64,000 bases of DNA, taken from IMG/VR virus record IMGVR_UViG_3300000944_000006, positions 18,380-82,379 of that record; one strand, 5' to 3'. The stretch comes from a virus. Lineage: Duplodnaviria > Heunggongvirae > Uroviricota > Caudoviricetes. Under the pieces are notes generated by a model. The model saw nothing but the letters and a program-made list of their open reading frames with translations. It was not told the DNA's origin and did not search any database. Position numbers and translations under genes: made by a program. Of the stretch, positions 1 through 9,629 are shown piece by piece; positions within the stretch are counted from its first letter, which is position 1; the number at the start of each line of letters is the position of its first letter.

Positions 1-51
1 ACTAATATACCCATATACATCAGACCAGATACTGCGCTACTGGCGTACCAC

Positions 52-456
52 TTAAAAATTGAATGCTTCTGTTTTTCCATACTTTACTATAACAGATTCT
101 ATTTTATTTTGCAAGTACGCTTTATGCTTTGGAATGTATTTTAATGCACCACCATCAAACTTAGAAACGTCTTCAGAAGGCAGTACAAGTAAAGCACCTT
201 TCTCCAAATGATTGCGTATGATAGAAAATTCTTTATCAATGCGGTTACAGAATTTGTCATAGTCTTCTGATTTCCAAAACGCCCGCCCGTCTCTTCCTTC
301 AGATTTTTTCATGGATAGAATGCATGTGTTTCCATATGTGTTCAGTTCGCTATTATCAAGCTTTGTGTTTCCAAGAACGAATAAAAAGTTTGGATATCCT
401 TTTATCACGTCTTTAGTCATTTTATTAGGGGAAGATATAATTACTTTATTAACCAT
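52..456 (-). CDS. hypothetical protein (134 aa)
   Basis: Uninterrupted ORF in line with the minus-strand gene array. No motif recognised with confidence. Confidence 0.45.
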   Translation of the reverse strand: MVNKVIISSPNKMTKDVIKGYPNFLFVLGNTKLDNSELNTYGNTCILSMKKSEGRDGRAFWKSEDYDKFCNRIDKEFSIIRNHLEKGALLVLPSEDVSKFDGGALKYIPKHKAYLQNKIESVIVKYGKTEAFNF

Positions 457-710
457 TGTCTTTTCTTCTTTTTATTATTTTTATTTTAAAGTGGTTTTAT
501 AAGAATGATAACTGGCCTTTCTGTTTCGAGGTAGCCAGTGTGGTGAAAATCTTCACGACCCATTTAAAGAAACTTGTATCTTAGCCGTTAGGCCGCGATA
601 GCTTGTTCTGAAAAACCGTTAACATTTAATGCATCAGTTAAATACTATTTATAAAAATTATATAGTGTTGTCAAACGAAATCTTATGAAAACGACATTAT
701 TTTCTTTCGT

Positions 711-718
711 TATAAATA
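711..718 (+). promoter_or_regulatory. T4-type late promoter box TATAAATA upstream of the GIY-YIG gene
   Basis: Exact TATAAATA about 63 nt upstream of the ATG at 782. Single occurrences are also expected by chance in AT-rich DNA. Confidence 0.3.
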
Positions 719-781
719 ATAGTGAAGTCGCGGTTTCCTATAACCCACTTCTCTAACATTTTAACCAAAGGACTAACCTTC

Positions 782-1420
782 ATGTCAGCTAAACCATATT
801 TATACACTGTATACAAAACAACAAATTTAATCAATAACAAAATCTATGTAGGCGCTCATAAAACGACAAACCCAGATGATTCTTATTTAGGGTCTGGTGT
901 TTATTTAAAAAGGTGTATTAAAAAATATGGAAAAGAAAATTTTAAAAAAGAAGTTTTGTTTATTTTTGAAACAGAGAAGGAAGCCCTGATAAAAGAAAGT
1001 GAAATAGTAGATGAAAATTTTGTCAAAAGTAAAGAAACGTATAATTTAAAATTAGGCGGTGGTAGAAAATTAGGCACTTCTGGATATAAATTTACGGAAG
1101 AACAGAAAAAGAAAATGTGCATTTCACAGCAAAAAAGATGGTCTAATCTTACAGATGAAGAAAGAATTTTAATCCAAGAAAAAAGAAATCGTATTCCCAA
1201 TAAATTAAAAGGGAAGAAGTTGACAAAAAACCATGCTAAAAAAATTAGCGAAGCATTAAAATCTAAAAACTTATTAACACATAATAGTGTTAAAATATCT
1301 ATTAATGATGAAATATTTCTTTCAATAAATAGAGCAGCAAAGGAACTGGATATTAAACCTACTACAATAGTCGGAAGATTAAAAAATAAAAAATATAGAA
1401 AATATTTTAGAATAGAATAG
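782..1420 (+). CDS. GIY-YIG homing endonuclease (seg-like), C-terminal NUMOD3-like repeats
   Basis: N-terminus LYTVYKTTNLINNKIYVGAHKT...YLGSG has the GIY-YIG architecture. Repeated basic K/G-rich motifs (GYKFTEEQKKKM, KGKKLTKNHAKKISEALK) follow. Start moved from 722 to the ATG at 782, which has an AAGGA upstream. Paralog of 63077..63748. Confidence 0.75.
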   Translation: MSAKPYLYTVYKTTNLINNKIYVGAHKTTNPDDSYLGSGVYLKRCIKKYGKENFKKEVLFIFETEKEALIKESEIVDENFVKSKETYNLKLGGGRKLGTSGYKFTEEQKKKMCISQQKRWSNLTDEERILIQEKRNRIPNKLKGKKLTKNHAKKISEALKSKNLLTHNSVKISINDEIFLSINRAAKELDIKPTTIVGRLKNKKYRKYFRIE

Positions 1421-1436
1421 ATGTCTATCTAAAACC

Positions 1437-2510
1437 CTATGTCAACCCCATAAGTTTAATATCTGTACTTGATTTTCCTGCTAAAGCCGCAGGCGTGTTT
1501 AAGTCATCGAAAATTTTAGGAGCGTTATCATTCATTCTTGTTAGCAGTCTTCGCAATGTTTTTTCAGATTGCTTTAGGCTATCAAACGACCATGTTGTTT
1601 CAAAACGATAATAAGATTTCAACAACGCCAAGCGAATAACTTTACCGTCCCAATCTTTAAGTAAATCATGGATATATACAGTATTGCCGAGAGACTTTGA
1701 CATCTTATCACCGCCAATCTTTAAAAATTCATTATGTATCCAGTATTTTGCAAATGTTTTGCCATTAGCACATTCACTTTGGGCACGTTCATTTTCATGA
1801 TGTGGAAATTTTAAATCTATTCCACCTGTATGAATATCAATAGTTTCGCCCAACGTAGCCTTAGCCATAGCAGAACATTCTATGTGCCAACCAACACGAC
1901 CTTTACCAAATGGTGATATCCATCCGACACCATCTTTTTCAGGCTTCCAAAGAACAAAGTCTTCTACATTCTTTTTAATGTCGGTTGTCGAATCAGAAAC
2001 GCGACTGCCTTTTCGCAATTTAGACAAAGTATTTCCAGATAGTTTTCCATAAGAATCATATTTTGTTACATCGAAAAACACATGCCCGTCTTTGACATAT
2101 GCATAGTCAGTTTCGACAAGACCTTTTATCATATCAATCATGTTTTGAATATTATCTGTGGCTTTTGGTTGATATGTTGGTTCAAGACATCCTAATTTAG
2201 TCAAATCATCTTGATATATCTTTGTATATTTTTCGGTTATCTGCTTTATCGACACACCTGTTTCAACAGACTTATTAATGATTTTGTCATCAATATCTGT
2301 AATATTTCTAGCATACAGAACACTATCTTCGCCATAAACATGACGTAGAACGCGAAAAAGAACGTCTGTGACAATAGCAGCGCGAGCATTGCCTATGTGA
2401 GCATAATTATATACAGTGGGGCCGCAGCCATACATGGTCACGCGCTTGGCATCTTGCGGAACAAAAATTTCTTTGTTGTTTGTGGCAGAATTATATAAAC
2501 GGATTTTCAT
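1437..2510 (-). CDS. cysS: cysteinyl-tRNA synthetase, class I catalytic core; C-terminal region truncated relative to bacterial CysRS
   Basis: CGPTVYNYAHIGNARAA (HIGH-type motif), KMSKS present, RNITDIDDKII, WHIECSAM and DDLNTPAA blocks align with bacterial CysRS. The protein stops about 90 aa short of the E. coli length, immediately convergent with the GIY-YIG gene. Start set at MKIRLYN. Confidence 0.8.
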   Translation of the reverse strand: MKIRLYNSATNNKEIFVPQDAKRVTMYGCGPTVYNYAHIGNARAAIVTDVLFRVLRHVYGEDSVLYARNITDIDDKIINKSVETGVSIKQITEKYTKIYQDDLTKLGCLEPTYQPKATDNIQNMIDMIKGLVETDYAYVKDGHVFFDVTKYDSYGKLSGNTLSKLRKGSRVSDSTTDIKKNVEDFVLWKPEKDGVGWISPFGKGRVGWHIECSAMAKATLGETIDIHTGGIDLKFPHHENERAQSECANGKTFAKYWIHNEFLKIGGDKMSKSLGNTVYIHDLLKDWDGKVIRLALLKSYYRFETTWSFDSLKQSEKTLRRLLTRMNDNAPKIFDDLNTPAALAGKSSTDIKLMGLT

Positions 2511-2878
2511 TTTACTAAATCTTCTCTGTCTACCCATGAGCGTTTTTCACTTGGAAATCGTAAAGATACGTGGCGAGTAAGTATGTAATTCTTTAAATCA
2601 TGTAGTTTTTCGAGTGAAATATTGTAGTTTCTAGTATTAAATGCCATTCCAAGAAATATAGATAATGTTGCATTTAATATAGATGCTTCGACAGCAAACG
2701 CTTCTGCCTTATATGCATATGCGTCATCAGTAATTCTTTCACGCGCCCATAAGTAAGCTACTGGTGCAATATCACAATCTGGGCATGCTCCTTCTAGTAC
2801 AGCCAAAATGTTTATGTCTAAAATTGAATAATTGCTCATGGTGATTCCCAAATCGTTTTCTACAACACATATTATCAT
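2507..2878 (-). CDS. hypothetical protein (123 aa)
   Basis: ORF directly downstream of the promoter-cassette copy at 2836-2915. Confidence 0.5.
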   Translation of the reverse strand: MIICVVENDLGITMSNYSILDINILAVLEGACPDCDIAPVAYLWARERITDDAYAYKAEAFAVEASILNATLSIFLGMAFNTRNYNISLEKLHDLKNYILTRHVSLRFPSEKRSWVDREDLVK

Positions 2879-2915
2879 AATATGTTGTGCATTGCAACAG
2901 TTATTTAAAGAATTT
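2836..2915 (-). promoter_or_regulatory. early promoter/leader cassette copy C (TTGCAA-N17-TAATAT, palindrome TGTTGTGCATTGCAACA, conserved leader ...GTAGAAAACGATTTGGGAATCACC-ATG)
   Basis: Homologous over about 80 nt to the cassettes at 41530, 50855 and 30606. The palindrome overlaps the -35 element. The cassette sits immediately 5' of the ATG at 2878. Confidence 0.6.
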
Positions 2916-3178
2916 TGGAAAGTGAGAAGGGAAGATTTGGGTGTACTTCCAACCGCCGATTCAATACCGTTTGATATTTAAGCGGAACTTTTCTACCTTG
3001 GGTTAACAAAGCGTTCTTTAGCACTTGCTCGTCGAACGTCCTACTACAGGATAGAAAATCAGACTACAGCCTTGAAGAGGCTGTTATTATCTGCACTTCT
3101 CGATGTCGGGTTACGTCCCGACAATCTTCTAATAGACACTGTTTTTTCGTATGTCAACGTCTATTTTAAATTTATATT

Positions 3179-3484
3179 TTAAATATCGTCTACAGCAGCT
3201 TCGTACATTTCTGAAAGCATAATTTCATTTTCGTACTTAGCTTTATCTTTACGAATCTTTTTACGCTTAGATAAAACTTTACGGACAATAGACGGGTCAA
3301 GATTATATGTCTTGGCTTCTTCAAGAATAGTTTTCTTATCGAATTGAAGGTCTTCAATTTCGATTTCGACAGCTTCGGCACGTTGAACGATATTCTTCAA
3401 CTGCTGTATTTCAATGCTGTTCATTTGCGTAGTGTCTGCCATATATATTCTTTCCTTTTTATTATAGTTACAGGCTTGTTTCAT
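3179..3484 (-). CDS. hypothetical protein (101 aa)
   Basis: ORF with a charged, helical-looking sequence. Confidence 0.45.
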   Translation of the reverse strand: MKQACNYNKKERIYMADTTQMNSIEIQQLKNIVQRAEAVEIEIEDLQFDKKTILEEAKTYNLDPSIVRKVLSKRKKIRKDKAKYENEIMLSEMYEAAVDDI

Positions 3485-3815
3485 ACAACGTTTGTCTAGT
3501 CAACGTTATTTTTCTTTCCCATATTTGCTTCTTGCAAAAAATAAAATAACATCCTTCGATTTCTATTTTATTTTCGTCTATGATTTTAATCTTTGCATCA
3601 TAAGACTTTTGGTTCATTGGATTGACTATCATACCTTTTAAGTCTTTGTCAAAGTCAAAAAGTATCTTTGTCCCTTTTTTGGAATATCCGCAGATATATT
3701 CTCCGCAAGGTTTTATATGTATTTCTTTTTCGTTAGGTGTCATCCAAACACCAGTTAGAAGTATCAAAGAAAGCTGTTTAAATAGTTGCATCATCCGTCG
3801 AAGATAAATCGACAA
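3468..3815 (-). CDS. hypothetical protein, probable N-terminal signal/TM segment
   Basis: Hydrophobic LSLILLTGVWM near the N-terminus. The start may be the internal MMQLF. Confidence 0.4.
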   Translation of the reverse strand: MSIYLRRMMQLFKQLSLILLTGVWMTPNEKEIHIKPCGEYICGYSKKGTKILFDFDKDLKGMIVNPMNQKSYDAKIKIIDENKIEIEGCYFIFCKKQIWERKITLTRQTLYETSL

Positions 3816-4053
3816 TAACCTTTTCTAATTTTTTCGGACAGCAGAAAATCTGCCCACGTCCATATTCAACACCATTAATAGTGTAAGATGCTTCTGTAAG
3901 AATTTGATGATTACCTTCACCAAGACCTTCCAGAATAGCCTGCCATATATTTACAGGAAGCTTTGGAAAGTCTTTATATATCCATCCTTTCCGCTTTATA
4001 TGTTGCGGTAAAGGTGGTGAAGCATCTATAAAATTTTGATATTGATTAGCCAT
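3778..4053 (-). CDS. hypothetical protein (91 aa)
   Basis: ORF in the minus-strand array. Confidence 0.4.
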   Translation of the reverse strand: MANQYQNFIDASPPLPQHIKRKGWIYKDFPKLPVNIWQAILEGLGEGNHQILTEASYTINGVEYGRGQIFCCPKKLEKVIVDLSSTDDATI

Positions 4054-4065
4054 AATAAAAATTCC

Positions 4066-4362
4066 TCATAAGTCATACCATTTTACCCAAGCATCACACA
4101 CAATGTCTAATCTTCCTTTTTTATAAGTCTCTTTATATGGTTCAATATAAAGACCTTCTACTAAAGCAAAAACGATAAAGTCAGGCTTTTTTCTAATAAT
4201 TTTTATGATTTCTTCGACAACTGCATCACTGACTTTCACCAAACTTACAATTTTTTTGTAATTAGTATTCTCAAAAATCTTTCTTGGATTAGATTCGAGA
4301 GAAGTTTCATGTTTCCATACACTATAAAGTTCTATAAATTTTTGACAATTTTGTTTTTTCAT
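4066..4362 (-). CDS. hypothetical protein (98 aa)
   Basis: ORF in the minus-strand array. Confidence 0.4.
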   Translation of the reverse strand: MKKQNCQKFIELYSVWKHETSLESNPRKIFENTNYKKIVSLVKVSDAVVEEIIKIIRKKPDFIVFALVEGLYIEPYKETYKKGRLDIVCDAWVKWYDL

Positions 4363-4582
4363 AATAAAATCTATTAACGTATAATGGTTAATAAATCAAT
4401 AATTATTTTGTGTAGACACTACCTATGGTATAAGAAATAAATCCTATAATTAATAATATACTAACACCACCGACTATGATTTCAAATAGTGGATACATAA
4501 ACATAAGATATCCTAATATAACCGCCACTAAAATCATGCAAGATAATATTGCAGAGCCTATAAAAGTTTCTTTTACCATTTC

Positions 4583-5305
4583 TTACAACTCTATAATTAA
4601 CGGTTCGTATTTACCATATTTCTTGTCAAGAAGATATCGTTCTTCTGGATATCCGTGTGGATTTGCCACAACACGCGTGTCACCTAACATATAGTCAACA
4701 GGGTCATGAATATGTCCGTGGCCCCATAGTGCAGGCTTTCTTGTTTTGATAAAATTATCTAAATTATTATGAAAGAAGTCGTTAATGGGATTTCCTTTCC
4801 ATCTATCCACAACAGACATGTTAGACGGACTATGATGTGTGAACACTAAATCGCCTTCTTCAACAACATCCATAAGCCATTCATAAGACTTTTTAAATTC
4901 TTCATTGGCACGTTCACCGCTCCAATCGCCAATATAATTTGAATCATTTAGCTGCTTCTCATACATAATTTCACGTATGGGGGAAGACATGTGCGTCCAT
5001 AAGGTACACATATGTACCTTACGACCTTTCACATCTATTGTGTGATTATTGTATGATGAATTTAAATTATTAAAAACAAAATTATTTACATCATCAAAAT
5101 CTTGGTGATAATATTCATGGTTTCCTGCTAAATATGCAATCTTCTGTTCTTCAAGTTCTTTAACAGAATGTATGCGCGTCTGTACTTCATAAGGATTACC
5201 TATATCGCCTGCAAGAACATATAAATCGACATTTTCACTTTTAGGAATGATAGGAATGTTACTACCATTTCTCATGTGCGTATCTGATACAAGAGCAATT
5301 TTCAT
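4583..5305 (-). CDS. calcineurin-like metallophosphoesterase
   Basis: MKIALVSDTHM, LAGDIGNP and LAGNHEYY blocks (D-x-H, GD, GNHE motifs). Confidence 0.65.
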   Translation of the reverse strand: MKIALVSDTHMRNGSNIPIIPKSENVDLYVLAGDIGNPYEVQTRIHSVKELEEQKIAYLAGNHEYYHQDFDDVNNFVFNNLNSSYNNHTIDVKGRKVHMCTLWTHMSSPIREIMYEKQLNDSNYIGDWSGERANEEFKKSYEWLMDVVEEGDLVFTHHSPSNMSVVDRWKGNPINDFFHNNLDNFIKTRKPALWGHGHIHDPVDYMLGDTRVVANPHGYPEERYLLDKKYGKYEPLIIEL

Positions 5306-5309
5306 ATTT

Positions 5310-5861
5310 TTACCAACTTACCCATATGTCAATTGTGTCATCTTCGTCTGCCAAGTGTTTAAACGTGTCATGCCACACTTTCTGGATTTCTTTCTGCCAA
5401 GGTTCGGCAATGATATAACTATAATCTTCACCGATGTAAACAGAAGCTACGTTATCATTTCGAAAATTATCTGATACGCAGTTTGCTAATTGCCAATGCC
5501 AAAAGTCCATGTAAGGTGTTTCAAGCCATTTACCGTCTTCAACGTCTTTTTTGTATTGTGAAAAAAGTATTTTCGAAGACCCTTTGTGGTTTCCTTCGAT
5601 ATCGTAATCACGAAGACCTTTTTCTTTGTGCCAATCATTATAATCGCCAGTTTCGGGGTGAAAATGTTTACCTGCTTTTCTAGCGTTATATCCAAGTTTA
5701 TTGTCTATAACTTTGTTCATATCCATAAAATCATATGTCTGATAATATTTCTTTCGGACATCACTTGCGTCATTAAAAAGATTCTTTTTCGCATCGAAAG
5801 CTTTCTGACGGGCCTGTAGTTCATCAAAAAGTTCTTGGTCTGTGTAAGTTTTTAGTGTCAT
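5310..5861 (-). CDS. hypothetical protein (183 aa)
   Basis: ORF tightly packed after the phosphoesterase gene. Confidence 0.5.
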   Translation of the reverse strand: MTLKTYTDQELFDELQARQKAFDAKKNLFNDASDVRKKYYQTYDFMDMNKVIDNKLGYNARKAGKHFHPETGDYNDWHKEKGLRDYDIEGNHKGSSKILFSQYKKDVEDGKWLETPYMDFWHWQLANCVSDNFRNDNVASVYIGEDYSYIIAEPWQKEIQKVWHDTFKHLADEDDTIDIWVSW

Positions 5862-6073
5862 GTGACTTCACCTTTCAGCATCTGTCCAAGAAAATATTTC
5901 GTCGAAAAGCTGCAACTATTTGCATCATAGATATGTGACATGCTGTTAATAGTTCCTACCATGGCAGTGCCATCACCATTTTCATAGCGAAATGAATCGC
6001 CTTTGTTTATGTTAGCGTGTTCTGAAATACGAACAAGTTCTTTACCGTCAATTGTATGAATTGATTTTCTCAT
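5858..6073 (-). CDS. hypothetical protein (71 aa)
   Basis: 4-nt overlap with the downstream gene suggests coupling. Confidence 0.4.
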   Translation of the reverse strand: MRKSIHTIDGKELVRISEHANINKGDSFRYENGDGTAMVGTINSMSHIYDANSCSFSTKYFLGQMLKGEVT

Positions 6074-6180
6074 AATAATAACTCCTGTTTAATTTGGTGG
6101 AGATGTCGTCTTTGAAGACGAGTCCAGTCCCGATATTTCACGGTCTGTCGATACCATTTCATCCCCATATCTTTATTTAT

Positions 6181-6483
6181 TTACTTTAAATCATCTGGCG
6201 TTAAATTAAATTTAAATCCGTATTTGAAAAACGGTGAACATATAGTTGCAGCAATTAATCCTATAGGCCCAAGAAAAAATATAAAAGAAGCAAACATAAT
6301 ATCACCAAAACGTTCGTTCTTCCAAGAATCTTTAGAAATTATTCCGAGAGAAACATGTCTTTTGTATGTTGCATCGTTAGGATTTCCAAGAAAAGAAAAC
6401 TTTCTATGAAAAGTCGCCCATGTCGCGCCAAAACCCAACGTTCCGCAAAATGCCCAAAATAGTATAATTAAAAATGTTTCCAT
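6181..6483 (-). CDS. small membrane protein
   Basis: Two hydrophobic segments (ILFWAFCGTLGFGATWATF, IFFLGPIGLIAATI). Confidence 0.4.
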   Translation of the reverse strand: METFLIILFWAFCGTLGFGATWATFHRKFSFLGNPNDATYKRHVSLGIISKDSWKNERFGDIMFASFIFFLGPIGLIAATICSPFFKYGFKFNLTPDDLK

Positions 6484-6521
6484 TTTAATGGCCTTTCTTT
6501 TTTAAGTTGCGTAAGCGCCGT

Positions 6522-6812
6522 TCATCCCCGAAAAGTGTAAACAGCATTATTCTTATAAGCACTATAAGCTTTACGCATTGCAAAAAATCTTTCAATTTTA
6601 TTTTTATAATAAAATTTATTCGAAATCTTATGCTTTGTCAAGCTTCTATAAACCCCTATATACTCTTTCGGTAAATCATACGCATATCTTTGACCACTTG
6701 CGTATATAACACCATCTATTTTATCACTATCCCATTTAGGCAAATCTGGATAAAGAATGTTCAAACTTGCTAAAGACGATTTATGAAAAAATGCTTTAAA
6801 ATAATTTTTCAT
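6522..6812 (-). CDS. hypothetical protein (96 aa)
   Basis: ORF. Confidence 0.4.
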   Translation of the reverse strand: MKNYFKAFFHKSSLASLNILYPDLPKWDSDKIDGVIYASGQRYAYDLPKEYIGVYRSLTKHKISNKFYYKNKIERFFAMRKAYSAYKNNAVYTFRG

Positions 6813-6813
6813 T

Positions 6814-7041
6814 TTATTCTTTCTTTGTTGCTAAGTAATCTTTACGATTTTGAAACATATACCAAGTAAGTGCTAAAAGAGAAACCACTGTGAATACAAT
6901 TTGTATGAAAGAAGTTTGTGATATTAGCAACCGTAGCTGAAATATCACCAAGCATATTAGTAAATATATAGCATATGGCGCAAAGGTATCATCAGTATCT
7001 GCCCATCCAGAATAAAAAAGTGATTTTATAAATTCTTTCAT
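6814..7041 (-). CDS. small membrane protein
   Basis: Hydrophobic core segments. Confidence 0.35.
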   Translation of the reverse strand: MKEFIKSLFYSGWADTDDTFAPYAIYLLICLVIFQLRLLISQTSFIQIVFTVVSLLALTWYMFQNRKDYLATKKE

Positions 7042-7045
7042 AACT

Positions 7046-7243
7046 TTACTTTCTCTTCTGTCTTATCAATTTTAAAATAGCTAATGGTATGACCAGTATA
7101 AACAACATTCCCGCTAAAAGAAACTCAATAATCAGCAAACTAGAATCTTCTGTTTCTTTTCCACCGCCTGTTAAGGCATAAAGAAATATAGAAAGCATCA
7201 TCATGACGCATATACATATACATATAAACATAAACAATTCCAT
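7046..7243 (-). CDS. small membrane protein
   Basis: Very hydrophobic 65-aa ORF. Confidence 0.35.
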   Translation of the reverse strand: MELFMFICICICVMMMLSIFLYALTGGGKETEDSSLLIIEFLLAGMLFILVIPLAILKLIRQKRK

Positions 7244-7246
7244 AAT

Positions 7247-7438
7247 CTAAGTTCCTTCGTTATAATCTGCAATAGATTGTATGACTTCATCAAATGTTTC
7301 CAGACACCACACATTATATCCGTTGTAAATTGAGATAATAGTGTCGCCTTTGTGTGTATCAATAGTTTTGATAAACTTCGGATTGATTGCAACACGTTTT
7401 ATGACGTTATGTTTTGTTCTTTTGGTAACTGTAATCAT
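7247..7438 (-). CDS. hypothetical protein (63 aa)
   Basis: ORF. Confidence 0.35.
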   Translation of the reverse strand: MITVTKRTKHNVIKRVAINPKFIKTIDTHKGDTIISIYNGYNVWCLETFDEVIQSIADYNEGT

Positions 7439-7444
7439 AATTTA

Positions 7445-7702
7445 TTAACTTGCTAATGGAACAAAACTAGTAATGCCGACTCTTGTTCCATTATTATTTT
7501 CTTTAATAATTTCTTCCCAATCTTCAATAGTTTCACGCGTAGGATGTATTGATGAAGACGACACAAATGTTCTTCCAAGACATCCATTTTCAAGAAAATA
7601 ATGCACTAAATAGTGGTACGGAAAATCGTCCGCCGTAGCTTCGTTATTTTCATCTTCATTATTTTTGGATTTACCGCTATTAATACTAATAACATTTGAC
7701 AT
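7445..7702 (-). CDS. hypothetical protein (85 aa)
   Basis: ORF. Confidence 0.4.
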   Translation of the reverse strand: MSNVISINSGKSKNNEDENNEATADDFPYHYLVHYFLENGCLGRTFVSSSSIHPTRETIEDWEEIIKENNNGTRVGITSFVPLAS

Positions 7703-7848
7703 GATTATCTCTCTTTAAATTTAATAGTTGTTTTATAATTATCGCATTTTTCGCATGTCATGCCAAGTAAGATACCAGACGGTGCTACAAATTTATCTGT
7801 TAAAACATATCTATGCATACAGAATATTTGTTTTAGAAACTTTTTCAT

Positions 7849-8550
7849 TTAACGAACTTTCTTTCTAAACGACCACTTATCAAACCCTTTTTTACCGACC
7901 CATTCTTTTTCGGTCAATGGTAAAGGCTCTTTGTAATCGACATTACAAAGTTCATTTGTAAAATACATACTAATTTCTTGAAAAGAATCCCAAGGGTTTT
8001 TAACTTTGGCAAATCCACGTTCTTTAAGATTGATATCTTTGTCAATAATAATCTTACCTGCCGTAGGATAAATTAAAAGAATCGGTGTTTTATTGTCTAA
8101 GCAAATCTGGTCAAGGTCTGGATAAGGGATATTTTCAAAGAAATCTAAAAGTTTTTGAAGTGTTCTTTTGCCAATATTTTCTTTAAGAAATTCCATGTCA
8201 CTTTCTACATGAAATGGAAAAAATCTCTCATATCTAGTTTTACCACTTCTACGAACACCATTAGTATCGTAGTAATCTTTTTGACTTGTATAAAATTCGA
8301 GAAATGGATATTTCTTTCCGCAGAAGTAAATAATATATTTGCTCATTCTACGCTCATGCGAATAGGTTACGTCATCAACAGTAAATTTAGTTGTCGTAGA
8401 AAGATTTCTCCAAATACTACTACTATAATCTAGTGACCAACTTTTTTCTAAGACAGTTTCTTCTTTGCGATTATAAACAATTGTCTTATCCACTCCCGCA
8501 GATTTAATAATCGTGTCATAATAATCGTGAAATTTTGAATTAATAATCAT
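7849..8550 (-). CDS. hypothetical protein (233 aa)
   Basis: Long ORF. No motif recognised. Confidence 0.5.
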   Translation of the reverse strand: MIINSKFHDYYDTIIKSAGVDKTIVYNRKEETVLEKSWSLDYSSSIWRNLSTTTKFTVDDVTYSHERRMSKYIIYFCGKKYPFLEFYTSQKDYYDTNGVRRSGKTRYERFFPFHVESDMEFLKENIGKRTLQKLLDFFENIPYPDLDQICLDNKTPILLIYPTAGKIIIDKDINLKERGFAKVKNPWDSFQEISMYFTNELCNVDYKEPLPLTEKEWVGKKGFDKWSFRKKVR

Positions 8551-8888
8551 GGCTTTTCCGCTTCACGTTCCCATAAATCTCTTTTAATAATTGTCATATA
8601 AATTACTCTTTTTGAGAAATTTGCCATAAAGATATCCCACTTATCGTCGGGATTCTCAAAAACAATATTGTAGACTTTACCTTCTTTAGTGTCGTCATAA
8701 ACAGTTTCTTTATATATAATATTCAATTCATCACAACCACCACCAATTCCCCAGACACTACCGCTCATATCTACATCAACAGACGCTAAAACGATATCGT
8801 CTGTCTTGTTAAGAATTACAACGTCAAGGTCTGCTACTTTAATGTTACCACTCTTATCAGAAACATAATTTAAAGAAGCTTTCATCAT
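8547..8888 (-). CDS. hypothetical protein (113 aa)
   Basis: 4-nt overlap with neighbours. Confidence 0.45.
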   Translation of the reverse strand: MMKASLNYVSDKSGNIKVADLDVVILNKTDDIVLASVDVDMSGSVWGIGGGCDELNIIYKETVYDDTKEGKVYNIVFENPDDKWDIFMANFSKRVIYMTIIKRDLWEREAEKP

Positions 8889-9427
8889 GACAAAAGCTTT
8901 CTAAAAGTAAGTGACACTCTCGGCTTAGCAGGGTCATAAGACATCTTAGGAATTCTATGAAGATGTGTTTGTTGCATACCCGCAGGCATGATAAACAACG
9001 ACCCATTTTCCAAAACTTTTTTATTGATAGAATCAACGCCTTTTGAACCAATTTCTTTCCAATTGATTTCACGATTTTGTCCGAAAGAAATGACAGCAAT
9101 AGGACATGTGTGGTCAATGCCTGCATCATCATCAGAATGCCATCCTAACCAATCCTTGCGTGTATCATATTTGTTAAGAAAACAGCCTTCGAAATATACG
9201 CCAGTTTTGACCAAAAGTTCAGCACGATAATATTCAATAAGGTCAAGATTTTCGTTCGGCTCATATGTACGCACACCACGGCCTGCGCCATATGTGTAAG
9301 GCTTGTTAAGTGTCGTATCCCAATATTCTTTACGTGGCGTATTCTCGCGCTGTATCCAATCTATTTCAAGAAGAGTTTCGTAATCTAATACGTCTGCGAA
9401 ATTTTTAAAATATAAAGGTTCCATCAT
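8885..9427 (-). CDS. 2OG-Fe(II) oxygenase superfamily protein
   Basis: WHSDDD (HxD), distal QTHLHRI histidine and RVSLTFR (2OG-binding Arg). Typical double-stranded beta-helix dioxygenase facial triad. Confidence 0.6.
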   Translation of the reverse strand: MMEPLYFKNFADVLDYETLLEIDWIQRENTPRKEYWDTTLNKPYTYGAGRGVRTYEPNENLDLIEYYRAELLVKTGVYFEGCFLNKYDTRKDWLGWHSDDDAGIDHTCPIAVISFGQNREINWKEIGSKGVDSINKKVLENGSLFIMPAGMQQTHLHRIPKMSYDPAKPRVSLTFRKLLS

Positions 9428-9627
9428 GGCAGAACTTCCTTTTCTATAATTTCAAATTCAATATCAACATATTTAGAAGATTTATTACCTTTTCTTCGCT
9501 TAATATTTTTTAGCGCAGATTTTGCAGATGTTTCATTGCCAAAAACATCTACGATTTGCGTATCTTGATATCCTTCATAGGACAACAGGGAGTCTGTAAT
9601 TTTAAGTATTATGAAAACGGTTTTCAT
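9424..9627 (-). CDS. hypothetical protein (67 aa)
   Basis: ORF. Confidence 0.35.
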   Translation of the reverse strand: MKTVFIILKITDSLLSYEGYQDTQIVDVFGNETSAKSALKNIKRRKGNKSSKYVDIEFEIIEKEVLP

Positions 9628-9629
9628 AA

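Noticed and set aside
3103-3120. Hairpin GTCGGGTTACGTCCCGAC as an intrinsic terminator for the 3179..3484 gene
   Set aside because: It is not followed by a U-run on either strand. Retained only as part of the candidate structured-RNA region.
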